A stretch of 64,000 nucleotides of DNA from an uncultured Bacteroidales bacterium (lineage in GTDB: Bacteria; Bacteroidota; Bacteroidia; Bacteroidales; Paludibacteraceae), in NCBI GenBank assembly GCA_902799555.1, contig CADCBB010000002.1, forward strand, positions 45,552 through 109,551. Direction: 5' to 3'. The notes under the pieces were generated by a model. The model made no database searches. It saw only the letters and a program-made list of their open reading frames with translations, and had not been told where the DNA came from. The position numbers were made by a program, and so were the translations under genes. Shown here piece after piece: positions 18,805-28,517 of the stretch (positions are counted from its first letter, which is position 1; every line of letters starts with the position of its first letter).

Positions 18805-18860
18805 TCATCCTCTAACTCTCTCATCCTCTCATCCTCTAACCCCCTAATCCATTAACCCTT
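18805..18860 (-). repeat. Octamer micro-array GAGGATGA-like x7
   Basis: Plus strand TCATCCTC-TAACTCTC-TCATCCTC-TCATCCTC-TAACCCCC-TAATCCAT-TAACCCTT. Lies in the 5' leader of the EEP gene. Confidence 0.85.
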
Positions 18861-18871
18861 CAAATCCGCTG

Positions 18872-18902
18872 CAAAATTACAACTTTTTTTTGATATACGC
18901 AA
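18872..18902 (-). promoter_or_regulatory. Promoter for the EEP nuclease / DUF4290 / prs / QC / sufCD string
   Basis: TTGCGTATATCAAAAAAAAGTTGTAATTTTG on the minus strand. Confidence 0.6.
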
Positions 18903-18993
18903 GCCCGCGCGCAATTTTTATGAAATATTGTTCTTTGGAGCGCGACTTTGCGTAAAAAATCGCTCAACTTTACGTAAATTTATCCCAAAATAA

Positions 18994-19024
18994 TTGTGTA
19001 TATCGCGGAATTTTTGTATCTTTG
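18994..19024 (+). promoter_or_regulatory. Promoter for the membrane AraC regulator
   Basis: TTGTGTATATCGCGGAATTTTTGTATCTTTG. Confidence 0.55.
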
Positions 19025-19058
19025 CGGTCGTTTTTGAAAAAAGGGAGGATAAAAAACT

Positions 19059-20219
19059 ATGAATGTTCATGAATTATGCAAGAACTACAAATCGGAATTT
19101 ATCTTCGGTTTGGTGTTGTTAGCAGGTGTCGTTTTGAGTTTTTTTCTGGCGCAGTACATTCCGATGAAGTTGTACGGCCATCTCAGCATGATCATGAACG
19201 GCTGTATAGCCACCGTGAGCCTTGCCGGTGCATGGATTGTGTCACGGCATACCAAAGGTATGCGGGTCCGCAAAGTTTGGGTCTTCACCTTGCTGGCATA
19301 CGCACTTTTTGCTATGCTCCTCCTTATGCGCGTCACCTCTTTTGTCGATACACCGAAAGAAGGGCTCGTCAGCCTGCAGGGCTGGGAGATCGTCGTCGGC
19401 AATTTCCTCCTCTGGCTCCTCTTGCTCTATCCGATGCTCGTCTTGCGTCCCGGATGGATGACCGTTCCAAAAGCCATACTGCAAGGATTGCCTGTCGGGC
19501 TTGCTTTCCTGTTGGATCAGATGTTTGACATCGACCTGCGCATTCTGCTGGCTATCTATCCGATCTTGCTACTCGGATTCCTCATCTCTTATATCCGCAA
19601 ATACCGCCAATATTGCGAAGAGAACTACTCCTCCATGGATAATATCGATGTGCAGTGGATTGTGCGCTATATAATAATGTATCTGCTGGACAGCGCTCTG
19701 TTCTTCATTCTCTGTTTCCATGCTACTGTACCCGTCGCCTTCACCCAACAATGGCTCATCTTGGTGATAATCGCTTATAGCACCGAGCAAATTCTCTACC
19801 GCAATGACCCCTGGGCCACGGTGCGTTCCCGTAAATCGAACGCCCAAGAATCCGAAGAACCCGAGGAAGAGGAGAATACTCCGTCTATTGACTTTGCTGA
19901 GTACCGCGAGACATTGGAACAATGGATGAAGACCGAAAAACCCTACCTTAATCCCGAGTTCAGACTCTTGGATCTAAGACAAGTTCTGCCTCTCAACCGC
20001 ACCTATCTCAGCCAACTCATCAATACCGAGTACGGCTGCAATTTTTACCAGTTCGTCACCAACTATCGCATCGAGGAGGCCAAACAACTCATGAAAGCCC
20101 ATCCCGACATGCTCATGCAGGACATCGCCGAACAATGCGGTTTCTCCTCGCCTACTGTCTTTGCCCGTATCTTCTCCCGCGAAGTCGGCATGACCCCTTC
20201 CGAGTGGAATAAGCAGTAA
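19059..20219 (+). CDS. Membrane-embedded AraC-family transcriptional regulator (paralog of 63291-64000)
   Basis: About 250 aa of hydrophobic helices, an acidic linker (EESEEPEEEEN), then an AraC HTH (NRTYLSQLI, YRIEEAKQLM, GFSSPTVFARIFSREVGMTPSEW). Confidence 0.75.
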   Translation: MNVHELCKNYKSEFIFGLVLLAGVVLSFFLAQYIPMKLYGHLSMIMNGCIATVSLAGAWIVSRHTKGMRVRKVWVFTLLAYALFAMLLLMRVTSFVDTPKEGLVSLQGWEIVVGNFLLWLLLLYPMLVLRPGWMTVPKAILQGLPVGLAFLLDQMFDIDLRILLAIYPILLLGFLISYIRKYRQYCEENYSSMDNIDVQWIVRYIIMYLLDSALFFILCFHATVPVAFTQQWLILVIIAYSTEQILYRNDPWATVRSRKSNAQESEEPEEEENTPSIDFAEYRETLEQWMKTEKPYLNPEFRLLDLRQVLPLNRTYLSQLINTEYGCNFYQFVTNYRIEEAKQLMKAHPDMLMQDIAEQCGFSSPTVFARIFSREVGMTPSEWNKQ

Positions 20220-20263
20220 ATAAGCAATCATTTTCGAGGCATTTACTTATCAATTACCTATCC

Positions 20264-20307
20264 TTCCCATAGGATTCCCATACCATTCCCATAGGATTCC
20301 CATAGGA
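20264..20307. repeat. 11-nt tandem repeat TTCCCATAGGA x4
   Basis: TTCCCATAGGA-TTCCCATACCA-TTCCCATAGGA-TTCCCATAGGA, in the intergenic region after the AraC gene. Confidence 0.9.
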
Positions 20308-20389
20308 TAGAAGCATGAAAATGCAAAAAATCTAACATATACTATATATATACTACGTATATATATACTTTTTGTTTATTCTTTTTAAT

Positions 20390-20420
20390 TTGCATATATG
20401 CATTTTTTTTTGTACCTTTG
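20390..20420 (+). promoter_or_regulatory. Promoter for the C1 peptidase
   Basis: TTGCATATATGCATTTTTTTTTGTACCTTTG. Confidence 0.65.
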
Positions 20421-20441
20421 CAGCCAAAATACGATAGTACA

Positions 20442-21650
20442 ATGAAAAAAATGCTTACATTTGCCATCATGGTGGCAATAACGATGTCAGCCCTGGCACA
20501 GACCGATTCAACGGCGGTACAGAAAGATAGTACCGAAGGTTTTCAATTTACCACGATCGACAGCGTAGCCATCACGCCGGTCAAGGACCAGAACCGCAGT
20601 TCAACCTGCTGGGCTTTCTCAACACTCGGTTTTCTCGAGTCCGAAGTGCTGCGCACCAAGGGTATCTTATTGGATCTCAGTCCGATGTATGTAGTGAGCA
20701 AGACAATGATCGATCGCGCCACCTATTGTGTGCGGCTGTATAATGAACCGCATTTTGCGCCCGGCGGTAGCGCCTATGACGTGATCTACTGTATGTCTCA
20801 TTACGGTCTTGTACCGCGCGACGCCATGCCAGGTATCCGCTACGGCTGGACCGCGAATGACACCCTGCCCGTACACGCAGAATTAGATAAGGTGGCAGGA
20901 GGCTATCTCAAAGGCCTTACGGGTTTAAAAAAGATCAGCCCGGTATGGCGCGAAGGACTGCAGGCAATCTATGACACCTATCTCGGAAAATGTCCGGAAA
21001 CCTTCGATTTCAACGGAAAAAATTACACTCCGAAGTCCTTCGTAGAATACCTCGGTTTGAAAGAAGATGACTATGTATCTATCACCAGTTATACCCATCA
21101 TCCTTTCTATGAAAAATTTGCCCTCGAAGTGCCGGATAACTGGCGCATGGACCAGATGTACAACGTACCGATGGAAGATATGATGCGCATCATTGACAAT
21201 GCCCTCGCGAACGGCTATACCTTAGCATGGGGCGCTGACGTGAGTGAGATCGGTTTTACCCGTAAAGGTATCGGTGTTGTACCGGACGATGACCACGGAG
21301 CGGATATTACCGGTAGCGACATGGCCAAATGGGTAGGCATGAGCAATGACAAGAAGAAAGAAGAGCTCACCAAAAAACCGCTACCGGAGAAAACCATTAC
21401 GCAGCAGATGCGGCAGGATGCGTTCGACAACTGGGAGAATACCGATGATCATGGCATGCAGATCTTCGGCACTGCCCATGACCAGAACGGCAAACGTTAT
21501 TACATGGTCAAGAACTCCTGGGGTACCATGCGTTCGGACTACAAAGGTATCTGGTATGTGAGCGAGGCGTACATGCAATACAAAACCAATGACATCCTCG
21601 TGCATAAAAATGCCATACCGAAAGACCTTCGCAAGAAGCTCAAACTGTAA
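20442..21650 (+). CDS. C1-family cysteine peptidase, aminopeptidase C / bleomycin hydrolase-like, secreted
   Basis: Signal peptide ending MSALA/QTD. Catalytic contexts QNRSSTCWAFS and YYMVKNSWG. Confidence 0.8.
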   Translation: MKKMLTFAIMVAITMSALAQTDSTAVQKDSTEGFQFTTIDSVAITPVKDQNRSSTCWAFSTLGFLESEVLRTKGILLDLSPMYVVSKTMIDRATYCVRLYNEPHFAPGGSAYDVIYCMSHYGLVPRDAMPGIRYGWTANDTLPVHAELDKVAGGYLKGLTGLKKISPVWREGLQAIYDTYLGKCPETFDFNGKNYTPKSFVEYLGLKEDDYVSITSYTHHPFYEKFALEVPDNWRMDQMYNVPMEDMMRIIDNALANGYTLAWGADVSEIGFTRKGIGVVPDDDHGADITGSDMAKWVGMSNDKKKEELTKKPLPEKTITQQMRQDAFDNWENTDDHGMQIFGTAHDQNGKRYYMVKNSWGTMRSDYKGIWYVSEAYMQYKTNDILVHKNAIPKDLRKKLKL

Positions 21651-21706
21651 TTTTGCCATGCACAAATAACAAAAATCACGTTTTTCGTAAATTTATCATA
21701 ATAAAT

Positions 21707-21737
21707 TTGCCCAATTCAAAAAAAAGCAGTACCTTTG
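21707..21737 (+). promoter_or_regulatory. Promoter for pckA
   Basis: TTGCCCAATTCAAAAAAAAGCAGTACCTTTG; 28 of 31 nt identical to the tRNA-Pro promoter. Confidence 0.65.
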
Positions 21738-21786
21738 TAGCCGCTAAAAAATCAGACGAAATAAACAATTAAATATTTTACGTAAA

Positions 21787-23391
21787 ATGAAAGAATTAGA
21801 TCTTACCAAGTATGGTATTAAGGGTGCGACCGTTATCGCACACAATCCGTCTTACGAGTATCTGTTCGCGGAGGAGACCAAGCCGGAGTTGACCGGTTAT
21901 GCAAAAGGTCAGAACACCGAGCTGAACGCAGTGAACGTTATGACCGGTATCTACACCGGCCGTTCGCCGAAAGACAAATACATCGTGATGGACGCTAACT
22001 CGAAGGACACCGTTTGGTGGACCACCGAGGGTTACAAGAACGACAACCACCCGATGTCTGAGGACGTTTGGGCAAAGGTAAAAGAGCTGGCTATCAAGGA
22101 GCTGAGCGGTAAGAACCTGTACGTTGTGGACGCTTTCTGCGGTGCTAACAAAGACACCCGCATGGCTGTTCGTTTCATCGTGGAGGTAGCATGGCAGGCT
22201 CACTTCGTAAAGAACATGTTCATCCAGCCGAGTGAAGAGGAGTTGGCTAACTTCGAGCCGGACTTCGTGATCTACAATGCTTCGTTGGCAAAGGTGGAGA
22301 ACTACAAAGAGCTTGGTCTGAATAGCGAGACTTGTGTAGCCTTCAACACCACGAGCCGTGAGCAGGTAATCTTGAACACCTGGTATGGCGGTGAGATGAA
22401 GAAAGGTATGTTCTCCATGATGAACTACTACCTGCCACTCCGTGGCATCGCTTCGATGCACTGCTCCGCTAACACCGACATGGAGGGCAAGAACACCGCT
22501 ATCTTCTTCGGTCTCTCCGGTACCGGTAAGACCACCCTTTCCACCGACCCGAAACGTCTGCTTATCGGTGACGACGAGCACGGATGGGATGATCAGGGCG
22601 TATTTAACTTCGAGGGCGGTTGCTATGCAAAGGTGATCAACCTCGACAAAGAATCCGAGCCGGACATCTATGCGGCTATCCGTCGTAACGCCCTCCTCGA
22701 GAACGTTACCGTAGACGAGAACGGCAAGATCGATTTCGCCGACAAGAGCGTAACCGAGAACACCCGCGTTTCGTATCCGATCAACCATATCGAGAAGATC
22801 GTTCGCCCGATCTCTGCAGGTCCGGCAGCTAAGAACGTGATCTTCCTCAGTGCTGACGCCTTCGGCGTACTGCCTCCTGTATCCATCCTGACTCCGGAGC
22901 AGACGAAGTACTACTTCCTGAGCGGTTTCACGGCTAAGTTGGCAGGTACCGAGCGTGGTATCACAGAGCCGACTCCGACTTTCTCCGCTTGCTTCGGTCA
23001 AGCATTCTTGGAGTTGCATCCGACCAAATATGCGGAGGAGCTCGTTAAGAAAATGGAGAAGAGCGGTGCGAAAGCATACCTCGTTAACACCGGTTGGAAC
23101 GGTACCGGCAAGCGTATCTCGATCCGCGACACCCGTGGTATCATTGACGCTATCCTCGGTGGTGACATCCTCACCGCTCCGACGAAGAAGATTCCGTTCT
23201 TCAACTTCGAGGTTCCGACTGCTCTGCCGGGCGTAGATCCTGCAATCCTCGATCCGCGTGACACCTACGCTGACGCTGCTCAGTGGGAAGAGAAAGCAAA
23301 AGACCTCGCTGCTCGCTTCATCAAGAACTTCGACAAATATACGTCGAACGAAGCAGGTAAGGCACTCGTTGCTGCAGGTCCTCAACTCTAA
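21787..23391 (+). CDS. pckA: Phosphoenolpyruvate carboxykinase (ATP)
   Basis: Kinase loop [11 protein letters not shown]; 534 aa, with PEPCK-ATP-like sequence along its whole length. Confidence 0.95.
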   Translation: MKELDLTKYGIKGATVIAHNPSYEYLFAEETKPELTGYAKGQNTELNAVNVMTGIYTGRSPKDKYIVMDANSKDTVWWTTEGYKNDNHPMSEDVWAKVKELAIKELSGKNLYVVDAFCGANKDTRMAVRFIVEVAWQAHFVKNMFIQPSEEELANFEPDFVIYNASLAKVENYKELGLNSETCVAFNTTSREQVILNTWYGGEMKKGMFSMMNYYLPLRGIASMHCSANTDMEGKNTAIFFGLSGTGKTTLSTDPKRLLIGDDEHGWDDQGVFNFEGGCYAKVINLDKESEPDIYAAIRRNALLENVTVDENGKIDFADKSVTENTRVSYPINHIEKIVRPISAGPAAKNVIFLSADAFGVLPPVSILTPEQTKYYFLSGFTAKLAGTERGITEPTPTFSACFGQAFLELHPTKYAEELVKKMEKSGAKAYLVNTGWNGTGKRISIRDTRGIIDAILGGDILTAPTKKIPFFNFEVPTALPGVDPAILDPRDTYADAAQWEEKAKDLAARFIKNFDKYTSNEAGKALVAAGPQL

Positions 23392-23407
23392 TCGGTTAGC
23401 GATTAGC

Positions 23408-23446
23408 AAAAAAATCAGGCATCCAAACGGGTGCCTGATTTTTTTT
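23408..23446. terminator. Bidirectional hairpin terminator after pckA (+) and the membrane protein gene (-)
   Basis: AAAAAAATCAGGCATCC-aaac-GGGTGCCTGATTTTTTTT. Confidence 0.8.
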
Positions 23447-23460
23447 GTTTATCAAAGGAT

Positions 23461-23997
23461 TTATTTAAAATCGTAATTCTCAAGGGCGCGGTCGGTTCGA
23501 TCGATTCCGTCATTGATGACGTTCTTCCCGGTCAAGACCATCATCGCGCAGACGATACCGGGAAAGATGACCATAAAATTGGGATACAAGGTAGCGTAAT
23601 GCCAGTCCGATAACTTAATGGCATAATAGACTAACGCCACATAATACAAACCCGATATTACCGCCACGATATACGTGATCGTCAGACGCAGCGGATTGCT
23701 GAAGAAGCATAGGAAACAGATGATACTGCCCCATAACATCGCTTTGTTACAATAATAGAGATACTTCACCGATGAAACCGCCGTGATCTCCTGTGCTCCG
23801 GTCTTGATCTCCGTCTGCGTGACGTAGAACATCTTCTGATCCATTGAGAAACTGCGGACGTAAATAATACCCTTGTCCTCCTGAAAATTAAACACAGGAC
23901 GCGTGAACATAAACGCCGCAGCGGCTATCGCAATCAGCATGTACGCCCAACGACGATACATGGCGCTCAAAGTAGCATGATCAATTAATTCACTCAT
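23461..23997 (-). CDS. Hypothetical integral membrane protein
   Basis: 178-aa ORF with several hydrophobic segments and its own promoter block. No family recognised. Confidence 0.55.
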   Translation of the reverse strand: MSELIDHATLSAMYRRWAYMLIAIAAAAFMFTRPVFNFQEDKGIIYVRSFSMDQKMFYVTQTEIKTGAQEITAVSSVKYLYYCNKAMLWGSIICFLCFFSNPLRLTITYIVAVISGLYYVALVYYAIKLSDWHYATLYPNFMVIFPGIVCAMMVLTGKNVINDGIDRTDRALENYDFK

Positions 23998-24018
23998 AAT
24001 ATTCTCCTAAATCGGCTG

Positions 24019-24049
24019 CAAAATTACTGCTTTTTTTACAAATACACAA
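24019..24049 (-). promoter_or_regulatory. Promoter for the 178-aa membrane protein
   Basis: TTGTGTATTTGTAAAAAAAGCAGTAATTTTG on the minus strand. Confidence 0.6.
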
Positions 24050-24066
24050 GTTTTTTGACTTTTTTC

Positions 24067-24097
24067 TTGCGTATATCAAATATTTTTTGTAATTTTG
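24067..24097 (+). promoter_or_regulatory. Promoter for secDF-clpX
   Basis: TTGCGTATATCAAATATTTTTTGTAATTTTG, followed by an ~85-nt leader. Confidence 0.6.
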
Positions 24098-24184
24098 CGC
24101 ACTTTTTGTGTGTCGTGCGCGAATATGCGCTTGCGTACATACGAAAAACAATGCATATATTATAAATAATAAATACAAAAAATT

Positions 24185-27100
24185 ATGCAAAACAAAGGAC
24201 TTGTTAGAATTATGGCTGTCTGCCTTGCACTTGTGTGCGCTTTCTATCTGTCGTTCTCGTTGGTAACGAGTCATTATGACAAGAAAGCTAAGGAGTATGC
24301 AGCCGGAGATGATGCAAAAGAGTACATCTATCTGGACTCGATTGCAGCGAAGAAAGTATGGTTTGGCTACACGCTCAAAGAGTGCCGTGAGAAAGAGATC
24401 AACCTTGGTCTGGACCTCAAGGGCGGTATGAACGTAACAATGGAGGTATCCGTTCCGGACATCCTCGATGCATTGAGCGGTCATAACGAGACGCCGAACT
24501 ACAAAGCAGCTTTGGCGCTTGCCAAGCAAAAACAAAAAGCCAGCGGTGCAGACTTCGTGACGCTCTTCATCGAGTCGTACAACGAAGTAGATCCGAACGG
24601 TCAGTTGGCTTCTATCTTCTCGACTTTTGAGTTGAAGGACAAAGTGACCCTCACCTCGACCAACGCTGAGGTAGAGAAAGTGATCCGCGAAGAGGTGGAC
24701 GGTGCTATCCAGAACTCGTTCAACGTGCTCCGTACCCGTATCGACCGTTTCGGTGTTGTTCAGCCGAACATCCAGAAACTCGCTCAACCGGGTCGTATCC
24801 TGATCGAGCTTCCGGGTATCAAAGAGCCGGAGCGTGTTCGTAAACTGCTCCAAGGATCTGCTAACTTGGAGTTTTGGGAGACCTACGAGGCTTCCGAGTT
24901 GCTGCCGATGCTCGCACAAATCAACCGCGAGTTCGCGGCTACCGCTCCGGAAGTAGAAGAAGCTCCGAAGGCTGAGGAAGTAAAAGCAGAAGAAGCGCCG
25001 AAAGCAGAGGGCGATGAACTCGCTGAATTGCTGGGTGACAGCGCTGCCGTAGAGGCAGATCAGGCTGCTCAGATCGCTGAGTACAAGAAGACCAACCCGC
25101 TCTTCGCTATCCTCAACCCGTCTATTAACCAAGCAGGTCAGGCTTACCGCGGACCGGTAGTAGGTACTGTTCATTATACGGATACCGCTAAGGTCAACGC
25201 CATGCTCAACTCGCAGATCGCAAAGGCCGTTCTGCCGCGTGACGCACGTTTCTACTGGACCGTTAAGGCTATCGATGAGGCAAATGCTTATTATAACCTC
25301 GTAGCCCTTAAGGCACAGCGCGACGGTCGTGCATCCCTCGAGGGTGACGTGATCACCGACGCACGTGCTGACTTCAGCCAGATCAGTGCTTATGCGAACG
25401 TATCGATGTCAATGAACGCTGAGGGTGCTAAAGCATGGCAGCGTATCACCAAAGATAACATCGGTAAGTCCGTTGCTATCGTACTCGACGGATATGTTTA
25501 TTCGTTCCCGACGGTACAGAATGAGATCGCCGGCGGTAACAGCCAGATCACCGGTAACTTCACCGTAGAAGAGGCAAAAGACTTAGCTAACACCCTGAAG
25601 TCCGGTAAGATGCCGGCTCCGGCTCGTATCATCGAGGAGAGTGTGGTAGGTCCGTCGCTGGGTCGTGAGGCTATTCAATCCGGTCTCTGGTCCTTCGCCC
25701 TGGGCTTCGTGCTCATCCTGCTGTACATGATCTTCTACTACGGCTGGATCCCGGGTCTCATCGCTGATGCTGCATTGGTTTGCAACGTCTTCCTGTTGGT
25801 AGGTATTCTCTCTTCGTTCAGCGCTGTACTGACCCTTCCGGGTATCGCCGGTATCGTGCTCACGATGGGTATGGCTGTCGATGCCAACGTGCTGATATAT
25901 GAGCGTATCCGTGAGGAGCTCAAGGCCGGCAAGGGTATGCGTAAGGCTATTGAGGACGGTTTCAAGGGTGCCATCAGCGCCATCGTCGATGCGAACGTAA
26001 CATCGTTCTTGACGGGTGCTATCTTGGCTATCTTCGGTACCGGTCCGATCAAAGGCTTTGCCGTTACGTATATGATCGGTATCATCTCTTCCTTCTTGAC
26101 GGCTGTGTTCATCACACGTCTGTTGCTCGAGGACTATGCTAAGAAAGAGGATGCAAAAGAGTTGAGCTTCACCACCGCTTTGATGAAGAACTTCCTGCAG
26201 AATATCCACTTCGATTTCGTAGCTGCACGTAAATGGGCTTACTGCCTGTCGGGTGCATTGGTGATCTTCGCTATCTTGGGTCTGGAGCCGCACTTGTTCG
26301 GTCGTCTGAACCTCGGTATCGACTTCTCCGGTGGACGTAACTATGTTGTTCGTTTTGACAACAACATCAATACGCAGGATGTACGCGAGAACTTGGAGGA
26401 TGTCTTCAAGGCCACGCTCGAAGAGGGCGAGACCTTCGGTATCAACGTCATCACCTATGGTAACGACGCTAACCAGGTTCGTATCTCTACCAACTATCGT
26501 ATCCACGAAGAGACCGCAGAGGCTGACGAGCAGATCGAGGCTCTGTTGTACGAAGGATGCAAACCGTTCTTGGGTGAGAACATCAGCTTCGACGACTTCC
26601 GTTCGACCGACTCCAATGCCAACGTAGGTATCATGTCGAGCCAGAAGGTGGGACCGGCTATCGCAGACGATATCAAGACGAGTGCCGTTTGGGCTATCTT
26701 TGCTGCCCTGATCGTCATCTTCCTCTATATCCTCTTGCGTTTCCGCAACTTCGCATACTCCGTAGGTGCATTGACCGCATTGGCACACGATACAGTCATC
26801 ATCCTCGGTCTGTATGCTATCCTGTGGAAGATCATGCCTTTCTCTATGGAGATCGACCAGGCCTTCATCGCAGCGATCCTGACCGTTATCGGTTATTCGA
26901 TCAACGATACCGTGGTCATCTTCGACCGTGTACGTGAGTACAACACCCTCTATCCGAAACGCGAGAAGAACATCAATATCAACGACGCATTGAACAACAC
27001 GCTCAGCCGTACGTTCTCGACTTCTATGTCTACGTTCGTTGTATTGCTCGCTATCTTCGCATTCGGTGGTGAGACCATCCGTGGTTTCGTGTTCGCACTC

Positions 27101-27217
27101 CTCATGGGTGTCATCGTTGGTACCTATTCGTCTCTGTTCATCGCTTCGCCGATCGCTTACGACATCCAGTTGGCACAGGCTAAGCGCGCAGAGAAGAAAG
27201 CTGCTGATAAAAAATAA
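24185..27217 (+). CDS. secDF: Protein translocase subunit SecDF (fused)
   Basis: 1010 aa with a large periplasmic domain and two 6-TM blocks typical of fused SecD-SecF. Confidence 0.95.
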   Translation: MQNKGLVRIMAVCLALVCAFYLSFSLVTSHYDKKAKEYAAGDDAKEYIYLDSIAAKKVWFGYTLKECREKEINLGLDLKGGMNVTMEVSVPDILDALSGHNETPNYKAALALAKQKQKASGADFVTLFIESYNEVDPNGQLASIFSTFELKDKVTLTSTNAEVEKVIREEVDGAIQNSFNVLRTRIDRFGVVQPNIQKLAQPGRILIELPGIKEPERVRKLLQGSANLEFWETYEASELLPMLAQINREFAATAPEVEEAPKAEEVKAEEAPKAEGDELAELLGDSAAVEADQAAQIAEYKKTNPLFAILNPSINQAGQAYRGPVVGTVHYTDTAKVNAMLNSQIAKAVLPRDARFYWTVKAIDEANAYYNLVALKAQRDGRASLEGDVITDARADFSQISAYANVSMSMNAEGAKAWQRITKDNIGKSVAIVLDGYVYSFPTVQNEIAGGNSQITGNFTVEEAKDLANTLKSGKMPAPARIIEESVVGPSLGREAIQSGLWSFALGFVLILLYMIFYYGWIPGLIADAALVCNVFLLVGILSSFSAVLTLPGIAGIVLTMGMAVDANVLIYERIREELKAGKGMRKAIEDGFKGAISAIVDANVTSFLTGAILAIFGTGPIKGFAVTYMIGIISSFLTAVFITRLLLEDYAKKEDAKELSFTTALMKNFLQNIHFDFVAARKWAYCLSGALVIFAILGLEPHLFGRLNLGIDFSGGRNYVVRFDNNINTQDVRENLEDVFKATLEEGETFGINVITYGNDANQVRISTNYRIHEETAEADEQIEALLYEGCKPFLGENISFDDFRSTDSNANVGIMSSQKVGPAIADDIKTSAVWAIFAALIVIFLYILLRFRNFAYSVGALTALAHDTVIILGLYAILWKIMPFSMEIDQAFIAAILTVIGYSINDTVVIFDRVREYNTLYPKREKNININDALNNTLSRTFSTSMSTFVVLLAIFAFGGETIRGFVFALLMGVIVGTYSSLFIASPIAYDIQLAQAKRAEKKAADKK

Positions 27218-28464
27218 TGGCAGACAAAGGCGGACATAAACCCAATACCTGTTGGTTCTGCGGGCAGAGTAAGCCGCATATGTTCTCCGGTATCGGAGAT
27301 GCACTGATTTGTTCGGATTGCGTCGAGGCGGGGCATCGCCTCATCCTCGAGCATCCGCGCACCAGGACGTCGGACGGAGAACTCGATATCGACACCCTGC
27401 CTACACCCCAAGAGATTAAAGAGTTTCTGGACTTATATGTCATCGGCCAGGAGGAAGCAAAACGCTTCCTCTCGGTCGCTGTCTATAATCACTACAAGCG
27501 TACCCTACAGGAGATCAGCAATGACGACGTGGAGATCGAGAAGAGTAACATCCTCCTGGTCGGTTCGACCGGTACCGGCAAGACCCTTCTCGCCCGTACA
27601 ATAGCCAAGCTGCTCAAAGTGCCGTTTGCTATCACCGACGCAACTTCCCTCACCCAGGCCGGTTATGTAGGCGAAGACGTGGAGACCATCCTCGTCCGTC
27701 TACTGCAGGATGCCGAATACGACGTCACCAAGGCTGAGAGAGGTATCGTCTTCATCGATGAGATCGATAAGATATCCCGCAAGAGCGAGAATATGTCCAT
27801 CACGCGTGACGTGAGCGGAGAAGGAGTGCAGCAGTGTCTGCTGAAGATGCTCGAAGGATCGGTTGTGAACGTACCGCCGCAAGGAGGACGTAAGCATCCG
27901 GATCAGGAGTTTATTCATATCAACACCCGTAATATCCTCTTCATCTGTGGCGGCGCTTTTGAAGGTATCGAACGTACGATCGCGCAACGTCTGCATACGC
28001 AGGTCATCGGCTTCACGGCACAGCAGGAGACCGAGCATCTGGATAAGAACAACTTACTCCAGTATATCGCGCCGCAGGACCTTAAGTCCTATGGTCTGAT
28101 CCCTGAGATCATTGGTCGTCTGCCGGTATTGACCTATCTCAATCCGCTTGACCATGCTGCGCTGCGCAATATTCTTACGCAACCCAAGAACGCCCTGACC
28201 AAGCAATATCAGAAACTACTGTCCATGGACGGCGTACAACTGACGTTCGAAGACGAGGCATTGGATTATATCGTGGATAAGGCATTGGAATATAAACTCG
28301 GTGCACGCGGCCTGCGCGGCCTGATGGAGGCAGTCATGACCGATCTGATGTACGAGATCCCGACGAAGAAAAAAGAAGGGCCTCAAGCCATCACCATCAC
28401 CAAGACATATGCCCAAGAGAAACTCGAACGGGCGGACTTATACAGATTAAAAAACGCGGTCTAA
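27217..28464 (+). CDS. clpX: ATP-dependent Clp protease ATP-binding subunit ClpX
   Basis: Zn finger CWFCG...CSDC, Walker A GSTGTGKT, Walker [10 protein letters not shown]. The ATG overlaps the secDF stop (TAATG). No clpP in the window. Confidence 0.95.
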   Translation: MADKGGHKPNTCWFCGQSKPHMFSGIGDALICSDCVEAGHRLILEHPRTRTSDGELDIDTLPTPQEIKEFLDLYVIGQEEAKRFLSVAVYNHYKRTLQEISNDDVEIEKSNILLVGSTGTGKTLLARTIAKLLKVPFAITDATSLTQAGYVGEDVETILVRLLQDAEYDVTKAERGIVFIDEIDKISRKSENMSITRDVSGEGVQQCLLKMLEGSVVNVPPQGGRKHPDQEFIHINTRNILFICGGAFEGIERTIAQRLHTQVIGFTAQQETEHLDKNNLLQYIAPQDLKSYGLIPEIIGRLPVLTYLNPLDHAALRNILTQPKNALTKQYQKLLSMDGVQLTFEDEALDYIVDKALEYKLGARGLRGLMEAVMTDLMYEIPTKKKEGPQAITITKTYAQEKLERADLYRLKNAV

Positions 28465-28477
28465 TGCCGCGTTTTTT
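28449..28477 (+). terminator. Hairpin terminator of clpX (stop codon in the loop)
   Basis: AAAAAACGCGG-tctaatg-CCGCGTTTTTT. Confidence 0.7.
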
Positions 28478-28482
28478 AATAT

Positions 28483-28517
28483 CCTTTCACCTTTCACTTT
28501 TCACTTTTCATTTTTCT
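28483..28517. repeat. Heptamer micro-array CCTTTCA / CTTTTCA x5
   Basis: CCTTTCA-CCTTTCA-CTTTTCA-CTTTTCA-TTTTTCT, between the convergent clpX and DUF4270 genes. Confidence 0.85.

Noticed and set aside
18973-18984. 12-mer CGTAAATTTATC shared by the AraC upstream region and the pckA upstream region (21686-21697)
   Set aside because: A single 12-nt match between AT-rich intergenic regions is about what chance predicts for this amount of intergenic DNA. It is not palindromic and has no third copy in the window.
21796-23409. 537-aa ORF on the minus strand almost exactly co-extensive with pckA
   Set aside because: Mirror ORF of a highly expressed gene with strong codon bias. Its translation is Arg/Leu/Val/Thr-rich with no recognisable motif, and it has no promoter block or start context. 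pckA itself is unambiguous.
23990-27304. Long minus-strand ORFs (394 aa and 573 aa) opposite secDF
   Set aside because: Same shadow-ORF phenomenon. They have low-complexity composition rich in Arg, Asp, Val, Thr and Glu, and overlap a clearly real 1010-aa SecDF gene. No independent signals.
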